This document shows positions 12,595 through 24,388 of a stretch of DNA of 64,000 bases, one piece after another. The stretch covers positions 65,844,001 to 65,908,000 of the forward strand of contig OX597819.1 of assembly GCA_951406725.2 (NCBI GenBank). The letters run 5' to 3'. Source of the DNA: Octopus vulgaris. Lineage: Eukaryota. The notes under the pieces were generated by a model. The model saw only the letters and a program-made list of their open reading frames with translations. It searched no databases and was not told the origin of the DNA. The position numbers and the translations under genes were made by a program. Within the stretch, counting starts at the first letter, position 1; each line of letters starts with the position of its first letter.

Positions 12595-13784
12595 ACGTTC
12601 TGCAATTTCATTTCATATAATTGCGTTTTCACATTTTTTTTCATTATTAATAGCATATATTTTTTATAATAATAATAATAATACTTCTTTAATTCTGTAC
12701 TATTTGCTATTATTTGTGGAGTGTATTAAATGTTATGCTGTGTGGGGTGTGTTTTTCCATATCTGTGTGCATTTGTGTGTGTGTGTGTGTGTGTCTGTAT
12801 CCTGTGTAGCAATTCTGTGTAATGGGTGCAATGGGGTTGGTGCTGACTTGTACCATAATTGATTAAATTGACTGAAGCAATACTGAATTTAAATAGTATT
12901 TTCTAATAGAAAAAATAAAATATTTATCAAAAGAAAGGAAAAAAAATGAAAAGATTAGTAAAATAAAAGAGGAGAAATTGAGAAGGAGGGAAGAACGAGA
13001 AAAAAATAATGATTAAACGAATAAAGGAAAGACACAAACAGCAGAAATATACATTGGAATAAAACATGGAAAAAAATATCTGAGAATGAAACAAATGGAA
13101 TGAAAGGTGAAATTGTTCGAGGAAAAAGATTAATGAATGAAAAAGTACGGAAGAATATACAGATGATATTTAAGGAAAGTAAGGTGTGGTGGTTCTATAT
13201 GTGTATAAGTGTGTTTATATATATATATATATATAGGCATGCACACACATATATATATATACATGAAAACAAACAATATTAGATCTATTGACTATAAACG
13301 TTTGTGTGTGTGCGTGTGTGGTGCGTGTGTATGTATGTATAAATATGAATTTATACATACATATCTAGGGAGAAAGATTGCGATTGATAGATGTAAATAC
13401 GTACATATATAAATATATCTGTATACATACACAGGGAGATATAAACATGTATATATATGTATACACACACACATACACACACATATATACATATATACAC
13501 ATGTATATATACATATATGTTTGTGTATGTCTTTATTACGACTCGTCTTGGTTAGGGTAGTGGTCGTGGGAGGATTTGCAGTGATTGCGGTGGGTGAGAG
13601 GGGTTGGTGTAGGCAGCATATTGGTACATTATCTTCTCGCATTTGCATTTTCCTGCAACATGAAGGAACTATAAAGCATAATTGCCGCTCTTTTTATAGG
13701 GGAGGGCATGGAATAGAAATAGCAGTGGGCTGGTGAGGGTGGTGATGGTAGTGATGATTATATATTGTTGTTGTCGTTGTTTAA

Positions 13785-13900
13785 GGCGACGAGCTGGCAG
13801 AATCGTTATCACGTCGGACGAAATACTTTTCGTCCGTCTTTACGTTCTGAGTTCAAGTTCCGCCGAGGTCGACTTTGCCTTTCATTCTTTCGATGTATAA
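13785..13900 (+). mobile_element. SINE family C, 5' part
   Basis: GGCGACGAGCTGGCAGAATCGTTA...GAGTTCAAGTTCCGCCGAGGTCGACTTTGCCTTTCA. Confidence 0.85.
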
Positions 13901-14095
13901 ATTCAACATGTGAAATTGCATTCCAGATAAATGATGAAATACGTGTTAATTTACTTGAAGTGTTACGAGTAATACGTGAAGGCGTGTAGCCTTGGTATCT
14001 AGTTCCCTCCCACCCAAAATTTCAGACATTGTGTCTATAGTCGAAAGTATTGTTGTTGTTCTTATTACCGTTTTTATTATTTAGCTGTGTGAAAA

Positions 14096-14300
14096 CGGCG
14101 AGCTGGCAGAATCGTTAGCGTGTCAGAAAAAAAAAACACTTAGCAACATATTGTTTATCTTTACACTCTGCGTTCAATTTTCGCTGTGTTTGACCTCGCC
14201 TTTCAAGATTTATAAAATAACTACCAGTTGAGCTCTGAAATCGAAATAATTGACTTGCCCGTTACCTAGAATTGCTAGCCTTGTTCCAAAAATTTGAAAC
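14096..14300 (+). mobile_element. SINE family C, diverged
   Basis: CGGCGAGCTGGCAGAATCGTTAGC head, degenerate core, TACCAGTTGAG. Confidence 0.8.
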
Positions 14301-14319
14301 TATTATTCAACTCTAAGTA

Positions 14320-14706
14320 CAGTAGAACCTCGAAGTACGAGGTCGCCGTTGTACGAGGAATATTCTGTAAGAGGCGAGACCCGTGCGAAATTTTGTCTCG
14401 AAGTATAAGCTGGAATCCGCAGTACGAGCACACCAATCGTGCCAACGTTAAAATAATCCAGTTAATGAAACCGGTTTACATATTTCTTTTGTATTCTCTT
14501 TTTTTATAATTGTCATTTTATTTGTAACTACAACATTTCTGTTTTGAAACCCATAAAAAATTATTTGTGAGTGGCTTTGGTGGGATGGAACGGATTCATT
14601 ATATTCTAGTTAATTTCAATGGGGAAAAAGTGATCTGTAAAACGAGTAAGTCGTATAACGAGCTCGGTCATGGAACGAATTAAACTCGTACTACGAAGTA
14701 TCACTG
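14320..14706. mobile_element. Non-autonomous Tigger/pogo-type (Tc1/mariner superfamily) DNA element
   Basis: TA|CAGTAGAACCTCGAAGTACGAG ... CTCGTACTACGAAGTATCACTG|TA: imperfect ~22-bp TIRs starting CAGT and a TA target duplication. Confidence 0.85.
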
Positions 14707-14710
14707 TACG

Positions 14711-14925
14711 GAGGAGATAGGCTGGTGGAATCGTTATCGCGTTGGATAAAAACGTTTAGTGACATTTTGTATGCCTTTACATTCGGAGTTCAAATTCCAC
14801 CGCGGTTGTTATTGCTTTTTATCCTTTCGGGGTTCGTTGAAATAAGCATCAGTCAACTACTGTAGTCGATGTAATCACCTTCTCCCTCCTCTCCTCAAAA
14901 ACTGCTGGCCAAAATTTGAAGCCAT
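14711..14925 (+). mobile_element. SINE family C, diverged
   Basis: GCTGGTGGAATCGTTA, GAGTTCAAATTCCACCG, TATCCTTTCGGGGT, GTCGATGTAATC. Confidence 0.8.
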
Positions 14926-15265
14926 TATTTAACCACAAATAAACCTTAATCTAACAGACTTGCGAGGACAGATTGCAGTTGTGACCATGCACTCGTCTTC
15001 CTAAGGGAAGATAACTCCAGATTCACATTATTCAACTTATTATTCTGTAGCGTGTAATTTGGAGGAAATTTGGTTGCTATTTCTAACTGGTTTGAGTACG
15101 CAATTCTTTGCTTGACCGTGATTAGTATCGCTGGATGAGCCGGTGTTCTTAGTATTAGTATAGGGAACGGTGTGGTTTGAATATAAGTGTGGTACGAGAG
15201 CTAACGGTAGGTGCTGGTGATTGTAAAGGAAAATACTGCCGTGTTGGTAATCGTTAAAGGTACTG

Positions 15266-15482
15266 GTTTCAAATTTTGGCACAAGGCCAGCAATTTTGAG
15301 GAGGAGGGGTTAGCTGGTCGTTTACATCTACCCCACTGTTCAACTGGGACTAATTCTATCAACTCCAAATGGATGAAAAGCAAAGGTGACCTCAGCTGGA
15401 TTTGAACTCAAAACATGAAGACGGGCGAAAAGGCGCAAAGTATTTTGCCTGGGCGTGCTAACCATTCCGCCAGCTCGCTGCC
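15266..15482 (-). mobile_element. SINE family C
   Basis: Reverse complement of family C head (CCGCCAGCTCGCTGCC) and core (GGATGAAAAGCAAAG..ATTTGAACTC). Confidence 0.8.
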
Positions 15483-15542
15483 CTAATCATTAGATATATT
15501 TTTATGGTAAAAAGTGGAGGTAGTTCAAGCAGCAGCAGCAGT

Positions 15543-15886
15543 AGTTAGTTAGTTAGTTAATTTGGCTCAAAAGCAAATAGCAAGGCCATGTAGGGGGACA
15601 TGGAGTTAAGTACAGGGTGGTGTTCATGTAAAGAGTTCCGGCCACTTGAGGTCAAGGGAGACTTTGAACAAAGCGGTCGTCGGCATCTTCACCATCTCGT
15701 CTGACAGCTTGTTCCACGGATCCGCAACCCGGACGGAGAAAGCTCCTCTCCTTCGATTGAGATGAAATCGTCGCAGGTAGAGCTTTTCGGAATGACCCCG
15801 CAGCCGACGCTCTGGAGCAGGAGTGAAGAACAGCTCTTTCGAGAGGTTACACTTTCCGCTTATGATGTTGTGAGCGAGAATGAAAT
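15543..15886 (-). mobile_element. CR1-clade LINE 3' fragment with (AACT)n tail
   Basis: ORF 15624-16016 contains RGHSEKL..RRGAFSVRVADPWNKL..VK....FKVSLD, the CR1 ORF2 C-terminal pattern; short 3' UTR ends in (AACT)n. Confidence 0.9.
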
Positions 15887-16282
15887 CACCACTAGTAGTA
15901 GTAGTGGCGGTAGTGGTGGTAGTGGTGGTGGTGGTGGTGTTGATATTACTGGCTGTAGTGTTGATTGTGGTACCGGTAGTAGTAATGGTGGATAATCTTT
16001 TAATCAAGTCCCCCAAAATGGTGGTGAAAGGTTTCGCGGTGGCCTTGATAAAACCTCTCTTTATTTACCAATTCCGAGAGTGATTGAGAGAGGAACCCAT
16101 ACCTGAACTTTACTGATTTTTTATTGGTCGATCAGAAACAAAGTTTGACAGGGTCGGATTCGAACTCAGAGAGTGGAGAACCGGAACAGTAATAAAAATT
16201 GAGTTTCCATCGGACGATTTAACGCGCAAGCTAATTCGTTTGCAAACAATGTAGTACTTAAGGATAGTATTGATAGAGGCTT

Positions 16283-16319
<37 letters not shown>

Positions 16320-16927
16320 GGTGGTGGTGGTGGTGGTGGTGGTGGCGGTGGTGGTGGTGGCGGTGGTGGTGCTAGTGCTGGTGCTGGTGCTGGTGGTGGT
16401 GGTGGTGGCGGTAGTGGCGGCAGTGACAAGCCGTAATAGAGAAAAAAAGAAAAAGAAGCGAATAAATGTAAACAAAATCAACAAACTGTGAAAATGTGCA
16501 TATATATATATAGAGAGAGAGAGGGAGATAGATAGAAGGGGAAGAGAGGAATAGGATAGCAGAGACAGAATGGAGTTGTAGAAATGAAGAAAGGAAGAGA
16601 GTAGATTGAAAGAGAAAAAGAACGAAAGAAAGTTCGAATGAAAATAAGGAGGAATGAAAGGCAAAAAACTAAAGATAGACAATGATAGAACGAGAAAAAT
16701 AACGAAATATAGGAAGAAAACCAGAGAAACAGATAGAGACATACATAAAATCAAATATATAAAGAGATTATTCACAAAAGGGAATGAGGGGCAGAAAGAA
16801 AGAAAGATAGTTAGGAAGGAAGGTAGAAAACGTAAGATTTATGTATATAGACAGGGAGGTAGTTATGGAAATAAAATAGAGAGAGAGAGATATGTAGGTA
16901 TGTTGGCAGGTAGGTTGGTAACTGGAT

Positions 16928-16984
<57 letters not shown>

Positions 16985-17459
16985 CAGAGAGAGAAAGGGA
17001 GAGATAGACAGATTGACTGACTGATAGACTGATAGATAGACAGGTAGATAAATAGAATGATATGTAGATAGATAGGAATCTAGAGCTCTTAGGCTAGATA
17101 TTCCTTGTGGCTGGCCAGATTGGAGCAGTCTCGAGTATAACCAGCCGAAACTACATAGATGATCTGGAACTCAACTGAGGAAAGAAAACTCCGAATGACC
17201 CTTTTTGTATCATCTGTCTTGATTTTTTTTATTGTCGCCTGTTGCATTATTGTCCCATTTTTCGTATTATTTTTAGACAGACAGATAGATATATAGATAG
17301 ATAGACAGACAGACAAATAGACATACAAACAGACAAATAGACATACAGACAGACAGATAGACAGACAGACAGACAGATAGATAAATAGATAGATAGATAG
17401 TTGGAGAGATAGAGACAGACAGATTTTATATTATATGTATATACATATATATATATATA

Positions 17460-17665
17460 CCGGAGTAAACACATAAATGTGAAACAAGGTGGAAAAAAAG
17501 TACTCAAATACCAGTAGTAGAGTAATATGCTTTATTTAAAGCAGCAGAAAATTCAACAAAACCTGTTACTCTGAGTTTCCCGTTGCCGTTCATCGGACAG
17601 TTTTGAACGGCAACGGGAAACTCAGAGTAACAGGTTTTGTTGAATTTTCTGCTGCTTTAAATAAA

Positions 17666-17666
<1 letters not shown>
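17460..17666 (-). mobile_element. Penelope-like terminal-repeat remnant with a perfect 63-bp foldback, between (TA)n tracts
   Basis: 17530-17592 is the exact reverse complement of 17604-17666 (11-nt loop); hammerhead-like motif on minus strand at 17563-17600. Confidence 0.65.
17563..17600 (-). ncRNA. Variant minimal type I hammerhead motif
   Basis: CTGT-CCGATGA-ACG GCAA CGG-GAAA-CTC A GAG-TA-ACAG; U4C core change and weak stem II. Confidence 0.5.
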
Positions 17667-17756
<90 letters not shown>

Positions 17757-18731
17757 AGACGGAGAAATAGATAACGAAAGAAATTAAGAAAGAAGATAAA
17801 ACAAACGATTTGGAATGAAAACAAAGTTTAAAACGAGGGAAAAAAACATTATGGAAAGAATTAAAGGAGTGAAAGAAGGACTGAAGGAAAGGGAAAGTAA
17901 TAGAAAGATGAAGAATCAGAAAAAGGAAAAGCAAACGATTTTTTTCTTTTTTTTTAATAGAAGAAAGAGCACAGGAGTGAACGAACAAATAAGAATGGAA
18001 AGAATATAGTAAAGAAAGTGAGAAGAAAGAAACGAAAAAAATAAAAATCGTTAAAAAATACGACTAAAAATATATAAATAAAGGAAATAGTAAGAAAAGA
18101 ATGAGATCGTAAAAGAAGAAATAGACAAGAAATGTTGAATTTGAAGATATTGTGAAAGGAAATTGCAGCATTTAACAAAAAGAAATTTTTAAGAATGTAA
18201 AGTAATTAGGAATAATGAAAAGTCTAATTCCTCTGCAGAACCATCAGCTTCACCATCCTACCACTACTACTTGAAAAAATTACTAAAATTTACTAAAGAA
18301 ATAAAGAAGTAATTTGAATTACAAAATAAGAGTAAGCCTTGAATGTTATTAACTCAAAAGATAGATAGGTAAGATGGCAAAGAAGTTCTAGTTTTCCATA
18401 CGTCAACTAAATTTATCTTTGTACATTTACTATGTGGTTCTTTCGTGACTTAGTTCGCGAAGTACAGCGAAAAACTATGCTACGTTGACGAAACTAAAAC
18501 ACTACTGAAACTCGTATGAATGTCGTCCGCCATATAAGTGGCAATCATTTTAGACATTCATATTTAAACACGCATGCACACATACACACATACATATATA
18601 CTGCACCAATAGATACTGGAGATAGCAGTCAATAACATACGACGCTATTGTATAGATTCACTGTATATATATACTGGCAAAAATCGTTAAAGTAAGAATA
18701 TTTAATAAATGTACAACCCAGATGTAAATAA

Positions 18732-18803
18732 TCTAGGACCTAGATTTCGAACTTGCTAAATTACGTTTGTTAACGTAAATTTGATTGGTTCTCATCAGCT
18801 AGA
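18732..18803 (-). ncRNA. Type I hammerhead ribozyme, canonical core
   Basis: TCTAG-CTGATGA-GAAC[..AAATTTACGTT/AACGTAATTT..]GTTC-GAAA-TCTAGG-TC-CTAGA: stems I and II pair, GUC cleavage triplet, near-palindromic stem III. Confidence 0.85.
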
Positions 18804-18966
18804 ATCACCTATAGAAAATTTCAAACGTCACTACATCAATGTCGGTATTACTCGACCGAACGCCTAGCCGTTAACAGACCGAGACAGGGAAAATGTTTCC
18901 AAAGAAAAAATTATTCAATAGTGCAATGCAGTAGTATTGCTTCCCAGAAGAACAAAGCACCATCAG

Positions 18967-19081
18967 GTTAGAGTATAAATATAGGATAGTGGTACAACAA
19001 TGCACCGATTTTTACTCTGTGTCTGTGTGTGTTTGTGTACAGGAAAATAAGTTTTTTTTCTCGCGAGTAGAATTATAAAGA
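18967..19081 (+). repeat. ~115-bp direct repeat, copy 1
   Basis: GTTAGAGTATAAATATAGGATAGTGGTAC...GAGTAGAATTATAAAGA recurs at 20255-20369. Confidence 0.85.
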
Positions 19082-19548
19082 GGAGAAAAATGCTGTAAAC
19101 GCAACTATTGAAAATTTGCTAAATGAAAATTTTTACTCAAAACATTGTAGACACAACTGAAGCTCTTTGGAAGTATATATCTAATTTTGTAAAGGGTGTC
19201 ATTGACCCCTTAGACATCGTACAGACAAGTAACAGGTCACAGACTAAGAGTTGCATCCCGAAAATGTAGAACGGGAATTTGACCTAGCAAGAGGTTATGC
19301 TACTATTTTTAGTTAGAATGTCGTCCTGAGATTTGATAACAAGAAATCTTCTCAAATCTGAAAATCTTTCCCTAGATTTATGCAGAATACAGGAGATTCA
19401 TTCGAATCCTGTTTATTATCCTATGATATTGTAAAACCAATTATCTTATATCGCTTATTTCTCTTCCTGTTCAGTTATAGCTAGGTTTCTTGTTTCAATA
19501 GCTTTAATAGTTTGCTAAGTGTTTATGAGGGATTCCCATAATATCCTA

Positions 19549-19743
19549 GGCTCAGGCCTGGCTGTGTGGTAAGAAGTTTGCTACCCAACCATATGTTTCC
19601 TGGTTCAGGTCCACTGCGTGGCGCCTTAGCCAAGTGTTTTCTACTATAGCCTCGGGCTGACCAAAGCCTTGTGAGGGGATTTGGTAGATAGAAGCTAAAT
19701 GCCCGTCATATATACATATACATACATATATATATACATACAC

Positions 19744-19813
<70 letters not shown>

Positions 19814-20015
19814 TAGTGTACATTTAAACACAAAAGAGGTGAGTCTTAACAGGTCACCTTACATACTAGAAGGAACAGTCAAAATGTGCAAACCACAGTT
19901 AAGAGCAATTTCGAAGTGAATGACAAATGAAAACATTTACCATGTTTTACAGCCGAGCCTTAGGTTTCGTACTTTCATTGGCAAATAAAAATAATTTGCA
20001 AGCCGAAGTTCTCAT

Positions 20016-20071
<56 letters not shown>

Positions 20072-20230
20072 ATATATATATGTATATGTGTGTGTGAGTG
20101 TGTGTGTGTGTGTTTGTGTTTGTCCCCCACCATCGGTTGACAACCGATGTTGGTGTGTTTAAATCCCCGTAACTTAACGGTTCTACAAAAGAGTCGCAGT
20201 GAAACGACTGAAAGAAGTACAAGAATAAAA
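19549..20230 (+). mobile_element. SINE family B interrupted in its (TA)n by a ~210-bp insert (19811-20018)
   Basis: Head 19549-19710, (TA)n, unrelated insert, (TA)n/(TG)n, then family B 3' half TTTGTCCCCCACCATCGGTTGACAACCGATG. Confidence 0.85.
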
Positions 20231-20254
20231 GAGTTATTCTCTTTAGCATCCTTT

Positions 20255-20369
20255 GTTAGAGTATAAATATAGGATAGTGGTACGTCAATGCACTAATATT
20301 TACTCTATGTGTGTGTGTGTGTGTGTGCAGGAAAATAAGCTTTTTTCTCTCGAGTAGAATTATAAAGAT
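20255..20369 (+). repeat. ~115-bp direct repeat, copy 2
   Basis: Matches 18967-19081. Confidence 0.85.
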
Positions 20370-21729
20370 ATACAACTTTTCTGCTAGTTTAAATCCAGAC
20401 TCTTCTAACCTCCCAATGCACTATTTTCGCGACGGAGTAACATATGTTATAATATTCTTTTTGTACCTCCTAACAGCATTTACTTAAGAGATGGATGATA
20501 TATTCGTTTACTTTCCCAAAGCTTCAACATTTGCTCTCTGAGATTTATTCCTCATTTGCATTTATCAAATTCGTCTAAATACCTTGTACCTGGGCGGCTA
20601 TATTTAATGATTCCTTTTTTTTTTTTTTTTGTTTCAAGTTTGCATCTACCAGCTACAAACATCGTTCTTCACTTAAGCTTGTTGCAGGAATTTGCCATGT
20701 CACTTGAAAGCTACTCATACTTCTGCTGCTTCTGTTGAGTTTCCAACTGCTCTAAAGACTATTTTTTTACAAATTATGACTGCCTGTCTTTTTAAATATA
20801 TGAGTGTGCGCGTGTGTGTGTGTGAGAGAGAAAAAGTGACTGTATACATGAGAATAAAAGAGAGTCATAGATTGTACGTATGTGTGCCTGGTGAGTACAT
20901 ATTTATAAATATGTCGATGTTTCCATTAATAATTGTGCTGGAATGATGTTTACTGCTGTTGGGATGATATTTATAATGATGAGAGTAATAGTACTAAATG
21001 ATGCTGCAATATCTCTGCCATCGTCATCTTCATCATCATCATCATCATCATCGTCATCATGGTCTTTATCGTAATTATAGTCATCATTGTCAATAACACA
21101 AAAAGAAGCAAAGTGAATTTTATAGAAACATTTCGAAAAAAGAAAACAAGAGGAAGCGTGCACAGAGGTAATAGAGAACGAATAAATAAATATGATGATG
21201 ATGCGGATATGGCGACGGTGAAGATGTGGGAGGCGAAGGAGGAAGTGAATAAGGAAAGACAAAAGTGTCAGTTAAACTGATAATAATATAACATCAACAA
21301 CAAGAATTACAACAAGAAGCAATGGCAGCAACATCGACTTCAACAACGACAGAAAAAAAAAAACTGTGCAGGAACAGCATGAGCAAAACTAAATTAAGGA
21401 ACATTAAAAAACAAATTAAGGAATTCAAAAGTTGCATGAAGAAAAGTTGCCAGGTGCATTTGTACAATGCAAGGATCACGTGGTTGCATTTTGCTGAAAC
21501 AAATGGAAACGAAGGAGATTGGATATATAAGGAGGAACAGATGTGCCACCAGATACACACGCTCACACACACACACACACACACATACAAACACAAACAC
21601 ACACACACACACCCACACACATATATATATACATACACAAACAAAGGCATATACAAACTCACAAACATATATATCCACATGTCTGGGTGCGCTTTTTTGT
21701 GTATATGCCCATAGATACACAAATTACAA

Positions 21730-21761
<32 letters not shown>

Positions 21762-21961
21762 ACATTTACGTACACTTACATATTCATTAATATATACACA
21801 GAGAGAAACTCATTTACAATCACATACACACACACACATATATAAGTACGTATGTATCTATGTATGTTTGAATTATATATGTGTGTGTGTGTGTGTATTT
21901 GTGCTATATGTATGTATGCATGCATGTATGTATGTATGTATTATGTATCTATGTATGAGTA

Positions 21962-22037
21962 AGCACGGGCATGGTTGTGTAGTAAATAGTTGCTTCCGAA
22001 AAGTTTGAGAGAGCAGGTACCTATATACGCAGGCACG

Positions 22038-22068
<31 letters not shown>

Positions 22069-22434
22069 GCACACACACACATCTTAAGGTTCAATTCCAC
22101 TGTGTGCCTTTTTTTATTAAGTTATTAGTATCTTCCTCTATATTGCTCCGGGTCCCCGGGTCGACCAAAACTTATAAGTAGATTAGATTGATGAAACCTG
22201 AAAGAAACCTGCCGCATACATACACACACGCACACACATATGTTTATCTATTACGGAGATGTACTTGCATAGCAAGCTACCTGATCTGAGATCGTGTGCT
22301 GGAATCAAAACTATTGCAGCGTGGAAGGTGTTTATCAGCCATTTAAGAAACAAACAAAAACCGTTAGATTCACTTCAACATTTAAATTTAATTTGCCAAT
22401 ATTTTCGTCGCTTTATAAACACCTTCCACGCTGC

Positions 22435-22486
<52 letters not shown>

Positions 22487-22845
22487 GAGTATATTCTCTC
22501 TCTATTTTCTCATTTCTTTCTGTCGAAGAGCGTAGACTCGAAACGTAAAAAGCTTTTCCATTTTCCCCGAGACACTTGCTTGTTGTTCCAACATATCTCT
22601 TCCTTTGTTTTTCTACAAATTTGAACTATATTATACTTGCATGTGTTTGTGTGTGTGTGCATCATTGCGTATGTGTTTGTCCTCCACCACTGCTTGGTAC
22701 CTGCAGTTGGTTTTGTTTACATGCCAGTAACGTAGCATTTCGACTAAATATGCCAATAGAATGAATACCATGTTTTGAAAGTAGATTCCTGTATGGATTT
22801 GTTCAGCTAAACCCTTTAAGGCGAGGCCCCAGCATGACTAAAATA
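21962..22845 (+). mobile_element. SINE family B, diverged and interrupted by nested inserts
   Basis: Head GGGCATGGTTGTGTAGTAA, GGTTCAATTCCACTG, GGGTCGACCAAA; 3' half resumes near 22640 and ends GGCGAGGCCCCAGCATGACT. Confidence 0.65.
22488..22640 (+). mobile_element. Short pyrimidine-rich hammerhead-bearing element (family P) next to (TA)n
   Basis: TTT-CTGTCGA-A-GAGC GTAG ACTC-GAAACGTA-AAA at 22517-22550; homologs near 40.0, 45.3 and 56.5 kb. Confidence 0.7.
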
Positions 22846-22852
22846 AAGGTAA

Positions 22853-23175
22853 AGACCCCTTTCCGGTCATAAATGATAATGGGATTGCACCTAGGAAGTT
22901 ACCTTCCTAGGCACAAGCCCGGGCAATGTTGCTAATTGATGACCAACAGACGCCCATCCATATCATGCCACCCCTCTCCACGGCACCGATGTTACCCAAG
23001 GAAAAGGTAAAGGGGCCGATACAGCTTGGCACCAGTGACGTCGCAACTCTATAGCTGAGTGAACTGGAGCAAGGTGAAATAAAGTGTCTTGCTCAAGAAC
23101 ACAGCACACAGCCCGGTGAATGACTCGAACTCATGAGTGTAAGCCCTAACTCTCTGAACACTGAGCTATGCACCT
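22853..23175 (-). mobile_element. tRNA-derived SINE family D
   Basis: Reverse complement of the 62521-62829 copy (GTGTTCTTGAGCAAGACACTTTATTTCAC, CTAGGTGCAATCCC). Confidence 0.88.
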
Positions 23176-23240
23176 TCGCATATGTTAATAACATGATATT
23201 ATTGGTGTTTTTATTCTTGTTGTTGTTATTTTTATTTGAT

Positions 23241-23275
23241 TACTAATTATATTTTTTCTTTTATTTCAGGTAAGT
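23241..23275 (+). promoter_or_regulatory. Candidate recursive splice site (branch point, polypyrimidine tract, CAG|GTAAGT)
   Basis: TACTAAT-TATA-TTTTTTCTTTTATTT-CAG-GTAAGT in apparently unique sequence. Confidence 0.45.
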
Positions 23276-23726
23276 ACACTTGAAGTTTTGTAGAAATAGA
23301 ACTAGTGACATTGTGGTTTACGGTAAGATATGACTATGTACACACATGCATAGAGAAACAGGAAATGGGTGCTGAAGTGTATATGTGCGCGCGTGTGTGT
23401 GCGATTGCGTGTGCGTTTTGAATACATATGTGTAAGTACTACTGTCTACACACACACACACACATATAAACACGCACAAACACACACGCACACATGCAAA
23501 CACACACGTAGAAAGATATGCATACATTTTCAGGTAGAGGTGAATCTATCTATATACCTATGTTGCTCTGTATCTCTGTATGTCTGTCTCTCTCTCGTTC
23601 TCTCATTCCTCTTGATATATATGTATGCATATATATATATTTATATATATATATGAATATATATATATACATATATATATATATATGAATATATACATAC
23701 GTATATGTGCATACTTACATCTATGC

Positions 23727-23773
<47 letters not shown>

Positions 23774-23779
23774 TATGTG

Positions 23780-24130
23780 GGTACAGGATGTCACGAAACG
23801 TGTACAACAGCAAAAAATACGAAGTACCAGTGAATGGAATATGAACTATTTTTTCGAACAACGAACGACACAAATGGAAAACAAGAAAAACAAAATAAAG
23901 AACGACCCTTCATCAGTTGTTGGCAGTTTTTCTACTCTCGTATTTTGAACATTTAACAACAATATACGCTTTTGCTGAATGCAAATTAAATAAAATTTGA
24001 GATTTTGCGGAGGGTCAAAATTGCTAACACAAACAGGACGCTGAAAACAAACAGGAAGGGCTGCTAAACCTAAACGAGGTCGTGGTGGGGAACGTGTTTA
24101 TCAAGCTTGGACAGGAGATAGAAAAGAAAA
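23780..24130 (-). repeat. Interspersed repeat family F beside (TA)n
   Basis: Diverged reverse complement of 34200-34582 (GTACAGGATGTCAC / GTGATGTCCTGTAC; CTTCATCAGTTGT / ACAACTGATGAAG). Confidence 0.7.
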
Positions 24131-24203
24131 AGGGTTTAAGTTTGAAAATAAAAGGAAAAAAAGAATTCGTAAAGTATTTTGTCATTGTTAAGCAGGCGAG
24201 GAG

Positions 24204-24317
24204 GCAACGAGCTGTCAGAATCGTTACCGCACCGGATAAAATGTTTAGCAAGCCCACGTAGTGGTTAAGAGCGCGAGCTACTAACCCCAAGATTCCGAGT
24301 TTGATTCCAAGCAGTGA

Positions 24318-24388
<71 letters not shown>

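Noticed and set aside
19192-19252. AAGGGTGTCATTGACCCCTT hairpin as a DNA transposon end
   Set aside because: No partner terminus or target duplication found
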